A stretch of 35,439 nucleotides of DNA, from the NCBI RefSeq assembly GCF_006345805.1, contig NW_021828103.1, forward strand, positions 1 through 35,439, in the 5' to 3' direction. Below the pieces are notes generated by a model. It had not been told where the DNA came from. It saw only the letters and a program-made list of their open reading frames with translations, and made no database searches. Below are positions 11,381 through 22,801 of this stretch, in pieces (position 1 is the first letter of the stretch; each line of letters begins with the position of its first letter). A program made the translations under genes and the position numbers. This DNA is from Octopus sinensis (lineage: Eukaryota).

Positions 11381-14300
11381 TTATGTGAAATAGAAGATGA
11401 ATAATCTTGTAGTAGATTAATCAAAAGTTTAACCGATACCTTAGTAGCAAAAATCACAGCAGTAAACAGCACGGTGGAGGTACAACCATCTGGCGTTGCA
11501 ACCGTGCGTTGGTGCGGATAATTGAAATTAAAACATTATTGGTGAATTGAAGAAATGGAGCTGAACGCAGATTGAACAGAAATCGTTTTATTTCATTCTA
11601 CACGTGTTTCGAAAGGCACAAATACCAAAATCCGATTGAATAATGGGACCATATTGTGTCTTTCTCTTCAGGAAGAAAAAAGGAAATCCGTTGGAAAAAC
11701 AAAAACAGAACAGAGGCGGAGCAAAAAAAAAATCGAACTGTGCTCCTAAGAGCCCATGGCGAAACTGTTTATCATTGTATGTTGAGAACCGGTGGCTGAA
11801 GAATTCAACGGGTCAGGCATCGGTCAATCATGTGGGTGAGGGTGTAAGATGTTCTTTGTGACCGAGAATAAAGTTCTGACTATTTAAGGAATATTGGATG
11901 TTTTATGAGGGGCGAGAAAAAATCTACTTAGAGACGTGTGTGTGTGTATACTTTCTATATATGTGTGTGTTGGCGTAGGGGTAGAAACATTTTTTGTGTA
12001 CGTGTGTGCATTTGATCGTTCGGCTGTCAGTGGCTACTGCCGTGATAACCGTTGGGTGGCAGAAGAAAAAAAAAAAAAAAAATATATATATATTATGTTT
12101 TATGTGTATGTGTGTTCATCTAAGCCTGCCTTGTCAAGGAAACCCCCCGCTGTGAAAAAACCAAGCCCCGTTTGTCTTACAGGAGTAATTCCCCTTGCAG
12201 TGGTTAATCGTAGATATCTTAAAGCTATTTCAGAATTTGTTACCAAGGGCTATGGGTGCCGGTATTATTTATAAACGCTATTTAAAGGCCAGATAAGTGT
12301 AACGCCGCCAATGGGGCATCGAAAAGCCGACTGTAAGAGCCCGTTCACCATCCGGCCCTCTGCAAACAAAATATGGAAGAGTTCGGAGACACAGGTTGCA
12401 CTGTCTTCTGCCCCCCTATCAATGGGAGGGCCACCGACAAAATTGACCATTCCAGCCTATAGCTTAAGTTCGCATCCTTCAGTCGCCATATTAGCTTACT
12501 GAGTCCCGTGGTCTGGCGCTTGTTCACGTCCCGAAAAGTTGCGTAATGGTTGGAGACACGCAAAGACAATCTTGAGGATGATGCCCCTACATAAGTGAAG
12601 GCATCTGAGTCCGTGTAAACCTTGCATTGGTAGACGGCGTTTTTGATCTTGGAGTTCGCCGACGTGAATCTTAATCTGCTAGGATTAGTTTCTGAAATTA
12701 GAACTGCGTTCCTGTCACTATATTCGTTCCGAGACCTGCAGCCGCTTACTACTCTATTTTCCACTACGTCACTATTAACTATAGGAATAACCCCTGATTC
12801 TCCACTATCTATCAGTGCTGGCTGTCATTGCTACTGCCCGTGGTACTGCTATTGCGGGAAATGATGCTGGGGATGCTAATGGGGCTCTCTACCCTACTCC
12901 CATTGTTACCGTCAACCACAACACCCCTATTTTAACTATACCCCTAGTGGGTACTCCCTGGCTGGAGCTGAGATTATGTGTCACTGTACTGGCTCTCATA
13001 TCATTATTTACTATATTATTCCTACTGAGCATTAAACCGGGAGCGGAAGAGGCTGTGCCTCCGAAAAAGGTGATAGGGTCTTAGTAAGTAGCCTATTATT
13101 ATGGGAGGCGATTATCTGGGCGAGGTTTTAGTGTTGGAGAAAGCTATCCTAACTTTATGTGAGTTAACCGTGGAGTAATATTTGGAATTCTGGGGAAGTT
13201 ATTGGCGATGGCTTGTCTAAACATGAGGGGGAGGTTAGTTCTAATCTGCTTACCAAAGGGGATTACAAACCATATATGCTTATTCCTATCAGTGTGATGG
13301 GTCGGGACGCCAGCTCTCGCATTCGGGTGGGTGATTCTCGGATGAATAACGGTCTTGGGTTAGTGTAAGACCTCCCGGACCGATAATTATCCTTGTTCGC
13401 TAAATTAAATGCGGGAGCGACTACCCCGGCATCCGCCGCGCTCCCGTCCTTACTTAAAATGTTAATGTTATTATATACGGCCCTATCCTGATGACCGAAT
13501 GATGGCATCGGAGGGAGGGCCGATCATTAATTACCTTCTGCCTATAACCGGCCTTGGATAGTGCGGCGTTATAAAATTCCGCTTTCTGCATAAAATATCG
13601 GCACTGGCGGACAAGCCAGACAATCTTAGAGAGATGTTTTAACCAAATTGTCTGTACGGTTTTGGCATGATTGAGAAGACACTGACATACTTCAAATTAG
13701 TGGAAGGCTTATGGTAAGGGCAGTATGAGTCGCTATTAAGGTTAAGTGTAACGTCTAGGAAATTAGCCTTGGTGAGTTCATTATCAAAAACTATACTCAT
13801 CCCATTCTATTAAAAAACCTAGCTAACCTGCTCTTAGTTTTCTGCACTATTCTGTTCGTGGTGTTTTGCAGGTAAAACAGACAATCGTCACGATACAGGC
13901 CGCCCGCGATCTCCGGGAATTGGTCGGACAATTCGTAGAGAAAATATATTCCGACCAAATCGGCTATCTGCGCACTATCCGAACTACCCATAGGCACATC
14001 AAATTCATTGGGAGTATCTTTACGGATCCACAACTTATTATCAAACTTAATAAACGATTTCCTGGCAACTAAAATGATATCTATCTCTTCTCTGGTGAGG
14101 CCGGCCTTGTTGTGAGCATGCCAGAGGGCCTTATTTAGCACACTAGGGTTAATCGAGGGGTAGAAGCTGGCGATATCAAACTGAATGAACCTAGTACGGT
14201 TCTTATTGGGGATGGAAGAGAACCACTTCACTACCTGCGAGGAGTTGGCCCAGAGGCTGAGCTTCAGCTTGTTTACTAAACTAGGGATATATTTATCTAA

Positions 14301-14435
14301 AATGTACTTACTGATTATCCCGATATCAGATCTAGCAGGGCATATGAGTCTTAGCGCTGGGTTGGTGTGGAAGTTAGGTTTATGGTCCTTCACTATAAAT
14401 CTGGGTTGCTTGGGGCTAAGCGGCTGAGTTCTCAT
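11381..14435 (-). mobile_element. Hydra-clade-like PLE, unit B, 5'-truncated at the inversion point
   Basis: Tandem near-identical copy of unit A. The ORF runs from MRTQPLSPK (14435) to a stop at 12278. Confidence 0.92.
11591..11679 (-). ncRNA. Type I hammerhead ribozyme with long stem II (unit B)
   Basis: CTGAAGA-GAAAGACACAA...TTTGTGCCTTTC-GAAA-CACGTG-T-A-GAATG on the minus strand. Confidence 0.82.
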
Positions 14436-15806
14436 CTCGGAACGAATATAGTGACAGGAACGCAGTTCTAATTTCAGAAACTAATCCTAGCAGATTAAGA
14501 TTCACGTCGGCGAACTCCAAGATCAAAAACGCCGTCTACCAATGCAAGGTTTACACGGACTCAGATGCCTTCACTTATGTAGGGGCATCATCCTCAAGAT
14601 TGTCTTTGCGTGTCTCCAACCATTACGCAACTTTTCGGGACGTGAACAAGCGCCAGACCACGGGACTCAGTAAGCTAATATGGCGACTGAAGGATGCGAA
14701 CTTAAGCTATAGGCTGGAATGGTCAATTTTGTCGGTGGCCCTCCCATTTGATAGGGGCAGAAGACAGTGCAACCTTTGTGTCTCCGAACTCTTCCATATT
14801 TTGTTTGCCAGAGGCCGGATGGTGAACGGGCTCTTACAGTCGGCTTTTCGATGCCCCCATTGGCGGCGTTACACTTATCTGGCCTTTAAATAGCGTTTAT
14901 AAAAATAATACCGGCACCCATAGCCCTTGGTAACAAATTCTGAAATAGCCTTTAAGATATCTACGATTAACCACTGCAAGGGGAATTACTCCTGTAAGAC
15001 AAACGGGGCTTGGTTTTTTCACAGCGGGGGGTTTCCTTGACAAGGCAGGCTTAGATGAACACACACACACATAAAACATAATATATATATATTTTTTTAA
15101 AAAATTTTTTTCTTTCTGCCACCCAACGGTTATCACGGCAGTAGCCACTGACAGCCGAACGATCAAACGCACACACGTACACAAAAAATGTTTTCTACCC
15201 CTACGCCAACACACACATATATAGAACAGTATACACACACACACGTCTCTAAGTAGATTTTTTCTCGCCCCTCATAAAACATCTAATATTCCTTAAATAG
15301 TCAGAACTTTATTCTCGGTCACAAAGAACATCTATACACCCTCACCCACATGATTGACCGATGCCTGACCCGTTGAATTCTTCAGCCACCCGTTTCTCAA
15401 CATACAATGATAAACAGTTTCGCCATGGGCTCTTAGAGCCAGTTCGATTTGTTTTTTGCTCCGCCTCTGTTCTGTTTTTGTTTTTCCAACGGATTTCCTT
15501 TTTTCTTCCTGAAGAGAAAACACAATATGGTCCCATTATTCAATCGGATTTTGGTAATTTGTGCCTTTCGAAACACGTGTAGAATGAAATAAAACGATTT
15601 CTTCTGTTCAATCTGCGTTCAGCTCCATTTCTTCAATTCACCAATAATGTTTTAATTTCAATTATCCGCACCAACGCACGGTTGCAACGCCAGATGGTTG
15701 TACCTCCAACCGTGCTGTTTACTGCTGTGATTTTTTTTGCTACTAAGGTATCGGTTAAACTTTTGATTAATCTACTACAAGATTATTCATCTTTCTATTT
15801 CACATA
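14436..15806 (+). mobile_element. Hydra-clade-like PLE, inverted unit C (EN domain plus pseudo-LTR only)
   Basis: Reverse complement of about 11381-12733. Encodes KNAVYQC...YVG...CNLCVSE...LAFK* (stop at 14893). Confidence 0.92.
15502..15589 (+). ncRNA. Type I hammerhead ribozyme with long stem II (unit C)
   Basis: CTGAAGA at 15509-15515, GAAA at 15570-15573, CACGTG, GUA triplet ending at 15581. One base is missing in the 5' arm of stem II. Confidence 0.8.
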
Positions 15807-15845
15807 TATACATACCGCTTCGTCAAGAAACTGCTACTTTAACCG

Positions 15846-18527
15846 ATGCCAATAATGGAGTTGTTCGAGATTGATGCGTCCCTAAGGATATTCCTATACC
15901 ACCAAAGGATGCCTTCCTTAAGGAGTTGGTTTGTAAAACCAACGCATTCATAAACCGGATAAGATGGCTCATTTTCTTCCACGAGAACGAAGATCTAAAA
16001 TCGAACCGGACAACAGCATCGTCCGAATACGGCCGGCTTTTTAAAACATTGGATACGCCGCCACCGAACCCAAGACTGAAGAAGTTTGAGGACGACTTGT
16101 GGGACATAGTTAGAAAGATTAAGTTCAGGAAGTCACCCAGGAGAAATGCCCACCTCAGATACCTAGATAAAATTACCAAGGACATTAATAGAACGGACGG
16201 AGTCCTGGTCTAGTCCGACAAGACCAGGAACACATACAAGATGCCCATTAAGCAGTACCTAGATTTACTCGGTAAAGAGATCAAGAAAAATTATAGAAAA
16301 ACCAATTGGAGTACACTGAGGAAGGTAAACTTGGAAATTAAGGATATAATATTTAAACACCGAATTCAAATGAGAACTCAGCCGCTTAGCCCCAAGCAAC
16401 CCAGATTTATAGTGAAGGACCATAAACCTAACTTCCACACCAACCCAGCGCTAAGACTCATATGCCCTGCTAGATCTGATATCGGGATAATCAGTAAGTA
16501 CATTTTAGATAAATATATCCCTAGTTTAGTAAACAAGCTGAAGCTCAGCCTCTGGGCCACTCCTCGCAGGTAGTGAAGTGGTTCTCTTCCATCCCCATAA
16601 GAACCGTACTAGGTTCATAGTTTGATATCGCCAGCTTCTACCCCTCGATTAACCCTAGTGTGCTAAATAAGGCCCTCTGGCATGCTCACAACAAGGCCGG
16701 CCTCACCAGAGAAGAGATAGATATCATTTTAGTTGCCAGGAAATCGTTTATTAAGTTTGATAATAAGTTGTGGATCCGTAAAGATACTCCCAATGAATTT
16801 GATGTGCCTATGGGTAGTTCGGATAGTGCGCAGATAGCCGATTTCGGAATATATTTTCTCTACGAATTGTCCGACCAATTCCCGGAGATCGCGGGCGGCC
16901 TGTATCGTGACGATTGTCTGTTTTACCTGCAAAACACCACGAACAGAATAGTGCAGAAAACTAAGAGCAGGTTAGCTAGGTTTTTTAATAGAATGGGCAT
17001 GAGTATAGTTTTTGATAATGAACTCACCAAGGCTAATTTCCTAGACGTTACACTTAACCTTAATAGCGACTCATACTGCCCTTACCATAAGCCTTCCACT
17101 AATTTGAAGTATGTCAGTGTCTTCTCAAATCATGCCAAAACCGTAACAGACAATTTGGTTAAAAACATCTCTCTAAGATTGTCTGGCTTGTCCGCCAGTG
17201 CCGATATTTTTATGCAGAAAGCGGAATTTTATAACGCCGCACTATCCAAGGCCGGTTATAGGCAGAAGGTAATTTATATTGATCCGGCCCTTCCGATGCC
17301 ATCATTCGGTCATCAGGATAGGGCCGTATATAATAACATTAACATTTTAAGTAAGGACGGGAGCGCGGCGGATGCCGGGGTAGTCGCTCCCGCATTTAAT
17401 TTAGCGAACAAGGATAATTATCGGTCCGGGAGGTCTTACACTAACCCAAGACCCGTTATTCATCCGAGAATCACCCACCCGAATGCGAGAGCTGGCGTCC
17501 CGACCCATCACACTGATAGGAATAAGCATATATGGTTTGTAATCCCCTTTGGTAAGCAGATTAGAACTAACCTCCCCCTCATGTTTAGACAAGCCATCGC
17601 CAATAACTTCCCCAGAAATTCCAATATTACTCCACGGTTAACTCACATAAAGTTAGGATAGCTTTCTCCACACTAAACCTCGCCCAGATAATCGCCTCCC
17701 ATAATAATAGGCTACTTACTAAGACCCTATCACCTTTTTCCGGAGGCACAGCCTCTTCCGCTCCCGGTTTAATGCTCAGTAGGAATAATTATAGTAGTAA
17801 TAATGATATGAGAGCCAGTACAGTGACACATAATCTCAGCTCCAGCCAGGGAGTACCCACTAGGGGTATAGTTATAAATAGGGGTGTTGTGGTTGACGGT
17901 AAACAATGGGAGTAGGGTAGAGAGCCCCATTAGCATCCCCAGCATCATTTCCGCAATAGCAGTACCACGGGCAGTAGCAATGACAGCACTCTGATAGATA
18001 GTGGAGAATCAGGGGTTATTCCTATAGTTAATAGTGACGTAGTGGAAAATAGTAGTAAGCGGCTGCAGGTCTCGGAACGAATATAGTGACAGGAACGCAG
18101 TTCTAATTTCAGAAAATAATCCTAGCAGATTAAGATTCACGTCGGCGAACTCCAAGATCAAAAACGCCGTCTACCAATGCAAGGTTTACACGGACTCAGA
18201 TGCCTTCACTTATGTAGGGGCATCATCCTCAAGATTGTCTTTGCGTGTCTCCAACCATTACGCAACTTTTCGGGACGTGAACAAGCGCCAGACCACGGGA
18301 CTCAGTAAGCTAATATGGCGACTGAAGGATGCGAACTTAAGCTATAGGCTGGAATGGTCAATTTTGTCGGTGGCCCTCCCATTTGATAGGGGCAGAAGAC
18401 AGTGCAACCTTGTGTCTCCGAACTCTTCCATATTTTGTTTGCCAGAGGCCGGATGGTGAACGGGCTCTTACAGTCGGCTTTTCGATGCCCCCATTGGCGG
18501 CGTTACACTTATCTGGCCTTTAAATAG
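15846..18527 (+). CDS. PLE polyprotein, RT plus GIY-YIG endonuclease (frameshifted as assembled)
   Basis: ORF-track pieces 15926-16213, 16241-16573, 16660-17661 and 18235-18459 are colinear. The breaks differ from those in unit A. Confidence 0.85.
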
Positions 18528-19131
18528 CGTTTATAAATAATACCGGCACCCATAGCCCTTGGTAACAAATTCTGAAATAGCCTTTAAGATATCTACGATT
18601 AACCACTGCAGGGGAATTACTCCTGTAAGACAAACGGGGCTTGGTTTTTTCACAGCGGGGGGTTTCCTTGACAAGGCAGGCTTAGATGAACACACACACA
18701 CATAAAACATAATATATATTATTTTTAAAAAAAATTTTTTCTTTCTGCCACCCAACGGTTATCACGGCAGTAGCCACTGACAGCCGAACGATCAACGCAC
18801 ACACGTACACAAAAAATGTTTTCTACCCCTACGCCAACACACACATATATAGAACAGTATACACACACAACACGTCTCTAAGTAGATTTTTTCTCGCCCC
18901 TCATAAAACATCCAATATTCCTTAAATAGTCAGACTTTATTCTCGGTCACAAAGAACATCTATACACCCTCACCCACATGATTGACCGATGCCTGACCCG
19001 TTGAATTCTTCAGCCACCGGTTCTCAACATACAATGATAAACAGTTTCGCCATGGGCTCTTAGGAGCACAGTTCGATTGTGTTTTTTGCTCCGCCTCTGT
19101 TCTGTTTTTGTTTTTCCAACGGATTTCCTTT

Positions 19132-19220
19132 TTTCTTCCTGAAGAGAAAGACACAATATGGTCCCATTATTCAATCGGATTTTGGTAATTTGTGCCTTTC
19201 GAAACACGTGTAGAATGAAA
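19132..19220 (+). ncRNA. Type I hammerhead ribozyme with long stem II (unit D)
   Basis: TTTCTTC-CTGAAGA(19139-45)-GAAAGACACAA...TTGTGCCTTTC-GAAA(19201-04)-CACGTG-T-A(19212)-GAATGAAA. Palindromic stem III ACACGTGT, GUA triplet. Confidence 0.85.
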
Positions 19221-19287
19221 TAAAACGATTTCTGTTCAATCTGCGTTCAGCTCCATTTCTTCAATTCACCAATAATGTATAAATATA

Positions 19288-19324
<37 letters not shown>

Positions 19325-19399
19325 GTTAATAAAATAGAACATATGCATATATATAAACATATATGTACGTACCTACCTCTACATGTACATATACACGCA

Positions 19400-20160
19400 T
19401 ATATGTGTACAGGACACCAAAAAGACGTCGAACACATAGAGAGACGAAAAACATAGACACAAACCAAGGAACAAGACAAGCAAAAAAAGAGATACAGGAC
19501 AATAAGCACAACGAAAAAAGCCCCTTCTTCAGTCGCTAAGGTTTCATCTACTAAACGTTTCGAAGGATAAAAGCGAGACGTATACTTCGAAGAAAACTTC
19601 CTTCCTGCGAAAAGCAAATCAATTAAAATTCTGAGATCTTTTCGCAGAGGGGTAAAAAAAGCAAGACGGTAACGACAGTACAAACATATAAACAGTAAAA
19701 AATATATATATAAACAGTGGAAAAATAAATATATAACAGTGAGAGACAGGACAAGGAGAACAAGATAAGAAGGGCTGTTAACGCCAAACGAAAAAAGTAT
19801 TGCAAATGCTGGATTATAGTGGACGACGAGAGAGAAAAAATGTCGACCAGTAGCCTTAGAAGGCGGGCGAGAAAAGACAGGATAGCAGTTACGACGGAAG
19901 TATCGTCGCAGATGGACGACGGGAATGGGGGAGGAGGAGCAAGAGGAAGAGAGAGAAGAAGGGGAATGGTGCGAGGAGACCATGAAGAATGGTGAAAGGG
20001 AGAGAGAGAGGAAGAGACAAGCTAAGTGAGGGAAAAAAAGACAAAAAGGGAATGGGAGAGAAAGAAAGAAAGATGCAGAGTCGCGTGAGAGTTAATATCA
20101 AGGCTAACTGATAAACAGAACAATCTTACTTAATAGGGTGCGTGCGTTAGTCGTATAATA
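19400..20160 (-). repeat. Unassigned repeat remnant, possibly a PLE 3' terminus
   Basis: On the minus strand a CT-rich tract is followed by a GAAACGT motif and a T-rich end, a layout like 25950-26260. It has a perfect 10-bp hairpin (19605-14/19638-47) and no coding homology. Confidence 0.3.
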
Positions 20161-20214
<54 letters not shown>

Positions 20215-20333
20215 ATACATATATATATATAATATATACATATATATATACATATACATATATATATATATACATATACATATACATATATATATATATA
20301 CATTTATATTATATAATATACATATATATATAC

Positions 20334-20382
<49 letters not shown>

Positions 20383-20437
20383 CATATATATATATACATA
20401 TATATATATACATATACATATATATATATACATATAC

Positions 20438-20482
<45 letters not shown>

Positions 20483-20519
20483 CATATATATATATACATA
20501 TACATATATATACATATAC

Positions 20520-20563
<44 letters not shown>
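20160..20563. repeat. (TA)n/(TATACA)n microsatellite
   Basis: Seen directly. Confidence 0.97.
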
Positions 20564-22192
20564 GATTGATTGATTGATTCATTGATTGGTTCTAGTTTCA
20601 GCTCATGAGCTGTGGCCATGCTGGGGCACCGCCATTTGGTGTTGCTACATGGTTTTACTTCACGAAAGATTTTTAGCAACTGCCTTTTGGTGCATGAGAG
20701 AGTTCGATGCAGCTGCCCTCATCTGCACCTCCTGCCGTGAAGTTGGTTCATCTGGGACACCTGACAGGAAGAGATGCAGTTTCATTTTAAAGACATCTTC
20801 ATCCACCCCATGCAGGTCTCTCAGGTTCTTCGGAGGATATTGAAGAGCTGTGAGCCTCGGAAGCCCAGGCTATCTTCTTCGTGTAGCTACGTTGGATCGC
20901 CTCAATTTCTGTGATCAACTTGACACTAGATGGTGACCATAATTGAGAACAATAGTCAAAGTGGCTTAGGACAAGTGTCCTCCAGAGGACCATCATGGTT
21001 TCTTGTTCTCTTGTTCTAAAGGTTCTGAGAATCCGGCCAGTCGTCTACATTTCATTGCCAATTTAGCAACATGTACACGAAATGTTGCGTCATCACTCAT
21101 GTAAATAACCAGGTCACGAACTGATTGTTCCTCTGGGATTGCTATTCCTCCGAGTCCAGTGTATTCATTGGGTATTGCATTTAGTTTTGCATGCTGATAG
21201 TATAAAGCTTGAAACTTTTCAGCATTGAACTGCATGCTATTCTTTTCAGCCCACTTGTATATTTTGTCCTGCTCACATTGCAGGCGTTTAGTGTCATCAG
21301 GGTTCTGTATTGCCTGTGAAACTTTTGTATCATCTGCATAACTTGTGATCGTGGCTCTCTGCGTGGCTGAGGGCATGTCTGAGAGGGCCATTATGAAGAG
21401 TAGTGGTCCCCCAAACAGTGGACCTGCGGAACACCGCTCACTGTTTGCGTGTTAATGGAAGTGCCCCATTGGCTACTACCACCTGACTTCTATCTTTCAG
21501 AAAGTCATGAAGCCATTCTCCCAGTTTTCCAACTATGTTGAGATCACGCAGTTTGTGACATATCATTCCATGATTCGACTTTTTCAAACGCCTTTGCAAG
21601 TCGAGATGTATCCACTCCACATTTGAGTGGTTGAGCAGCCTGTTCAGCACCCAGTCCATAGTGTGTAGGGAGCTAGTTAAACAGCTTCTTCCTGGTCGGA
21701 AACCATGTTGGGTGTCGGGCAGCAAGTCATTTTCTTCAAGGAAGGTGATCAGTTTTCCTCTGACTATTCGTTCCATGACCTTGCTGATGTGTTATGTGAG
21801 AGAGATAGGTCTGTAGTTCTTGGCCTCCGCTCTGCTACCTCCTTTATGAATGGGGCATATTTTACCTTCCTTCAGCTTTCTTTGAAGTTTGCCAGCTGCA
21901 AGGAATCTCTGAAAGAGGAACTGCAGTGGTCCTGCTAGGACTCTATTACATGCTTTTAGGAGGATTGCCGGGAATCCATCGGGGCCAGTAGCTGAGTCTG
22001 ATTTCATTTCATCTATAGCCTTTATTACATCGTCTTCCTTTATATCGATGTAATCTATCGTCGCCGCCTCTGATTTTATATCTGCAGTGGTAAAGAAATC
22101 AGTTGGATTGGTGATTTGGAGATGCCCAAGGGGTGGAGTGAAAACACTCTTGAATTGCTCATTCAGTATTTCACTTACCCTCATTGGTTTTC
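20564..22192 (-). mobile_element. CR1-like LINE, 3' ~1.6 kb with internal deletion and (AATC)n tail
   Basis: NYRPISLT, QHGFRPGRSCLT, ITSYADDTKVSQ, SHFDYCSQLWSP, GVPDEPT...RAAASNSL. The 3' UTR GGCGGTGCCCCAGCATGGCC is followed by (AATC)n. Confidence 0.92.
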
Positions 22193-22237
22193 CAATGCAT
22201 ATATATATATGCATATATGTATATATGTATATATATA

Positions 22238-22439
22238 TACTAAGCAATAAGGGTTTAGCAACGAGTTGCCTTACCACATACCGAATTTAGAAATAGCAGT
22301 CAAAGGGTTATAGCTATTTCTTCTACTAGTCAAAGGGTTATAGCTATTTCTAGAAGAAGAAATAGCTATAACCCTTTGACGCTATTTCTAAATTCGGTTG
22401 TGGTAAGGCAACTCGTTGCTAAACCCTTATTGCTTAGTA
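22238..22439. repeat. Fold-back: 85-87-bp inverted arms around a 30-bp spacer; tail of the family seen at 27053-27140
   Basis: 22238-22324 is the reverse complement of 22355-22439. The spacer repeats AGTCAAAGGGTTATAGCTATTTCT. Confidence 0.9.
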
Positions 22440-22537
22440 TACTTAAATTTTCCTCGAATGAGGCTTTACATGCCGAAGACTACTTGGTGTAATTGATAAT
22501 TTTTCCAAATTAATTAATTTCACCCTTCATTATTATG

Positions 22538-22571
<34 letters not shown>

Positions 22572-22801
22572 ATATATAATATATATATATAATAGATATA
22601 TATAGATATATATCTATATAGATATATATATGGTATATAATATATGTGTATATATAATATATGTATATAATATATATGTATATATATATATATGTATATA
22701 TATCTATATATGTATATGTAATATAGTAATATATATGTATATATATATATATAATGTATATATATCTATGTATATATATATGTATATATATATATATATA
22801 T

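Larger units (their letters stand above)
15807..19278 (+). mobile_element. Hydra-clade-like PLE, unit D (full ORF; pseudo-LTR ~150 bp shorter than in unit A)
   Basis: Reverse complement of about 7909-11380. The right end abuts (TA)n. Confidence 0.93.

Noticed and set aside
15846-18527. Selenocysteine recoding as reported for some Naiad PLEs
   Set aside because: My consensus translation has no in-frame TGA shared by the copies, and the EN is C-terminal, unlike Naiads.
7909-19278. Large palindrome as a simple chimeric fold-back read
   Set aside because: It has a 1.7-kb unique spacer, unequal outer ends and no mirroring of flanking DNA. It still needs read-level confirmation.
19520-19580. CTGAAGA and GAAACGT on the minus strand suggesting a type II hammerhead
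   Set aside because: Stem I does not pair and stem II needs two G-U pairs plus an inserted A. Not supportable without a family consensus.
57-22192. 57-953 and 20564-22192 as two halves of one LINE split by nested insertions
   Set aside because: They overlap by ~390 bp with about 15 differences and are in the wrong order for a split minus-strand element. They are independent copies.
22450-22490. GAATGA-GGC(TTTACAT)GCC-GAAGAC hammerhead-like word
   Set aside because: Both core strands are altered and neither stem I nor stem III forms.
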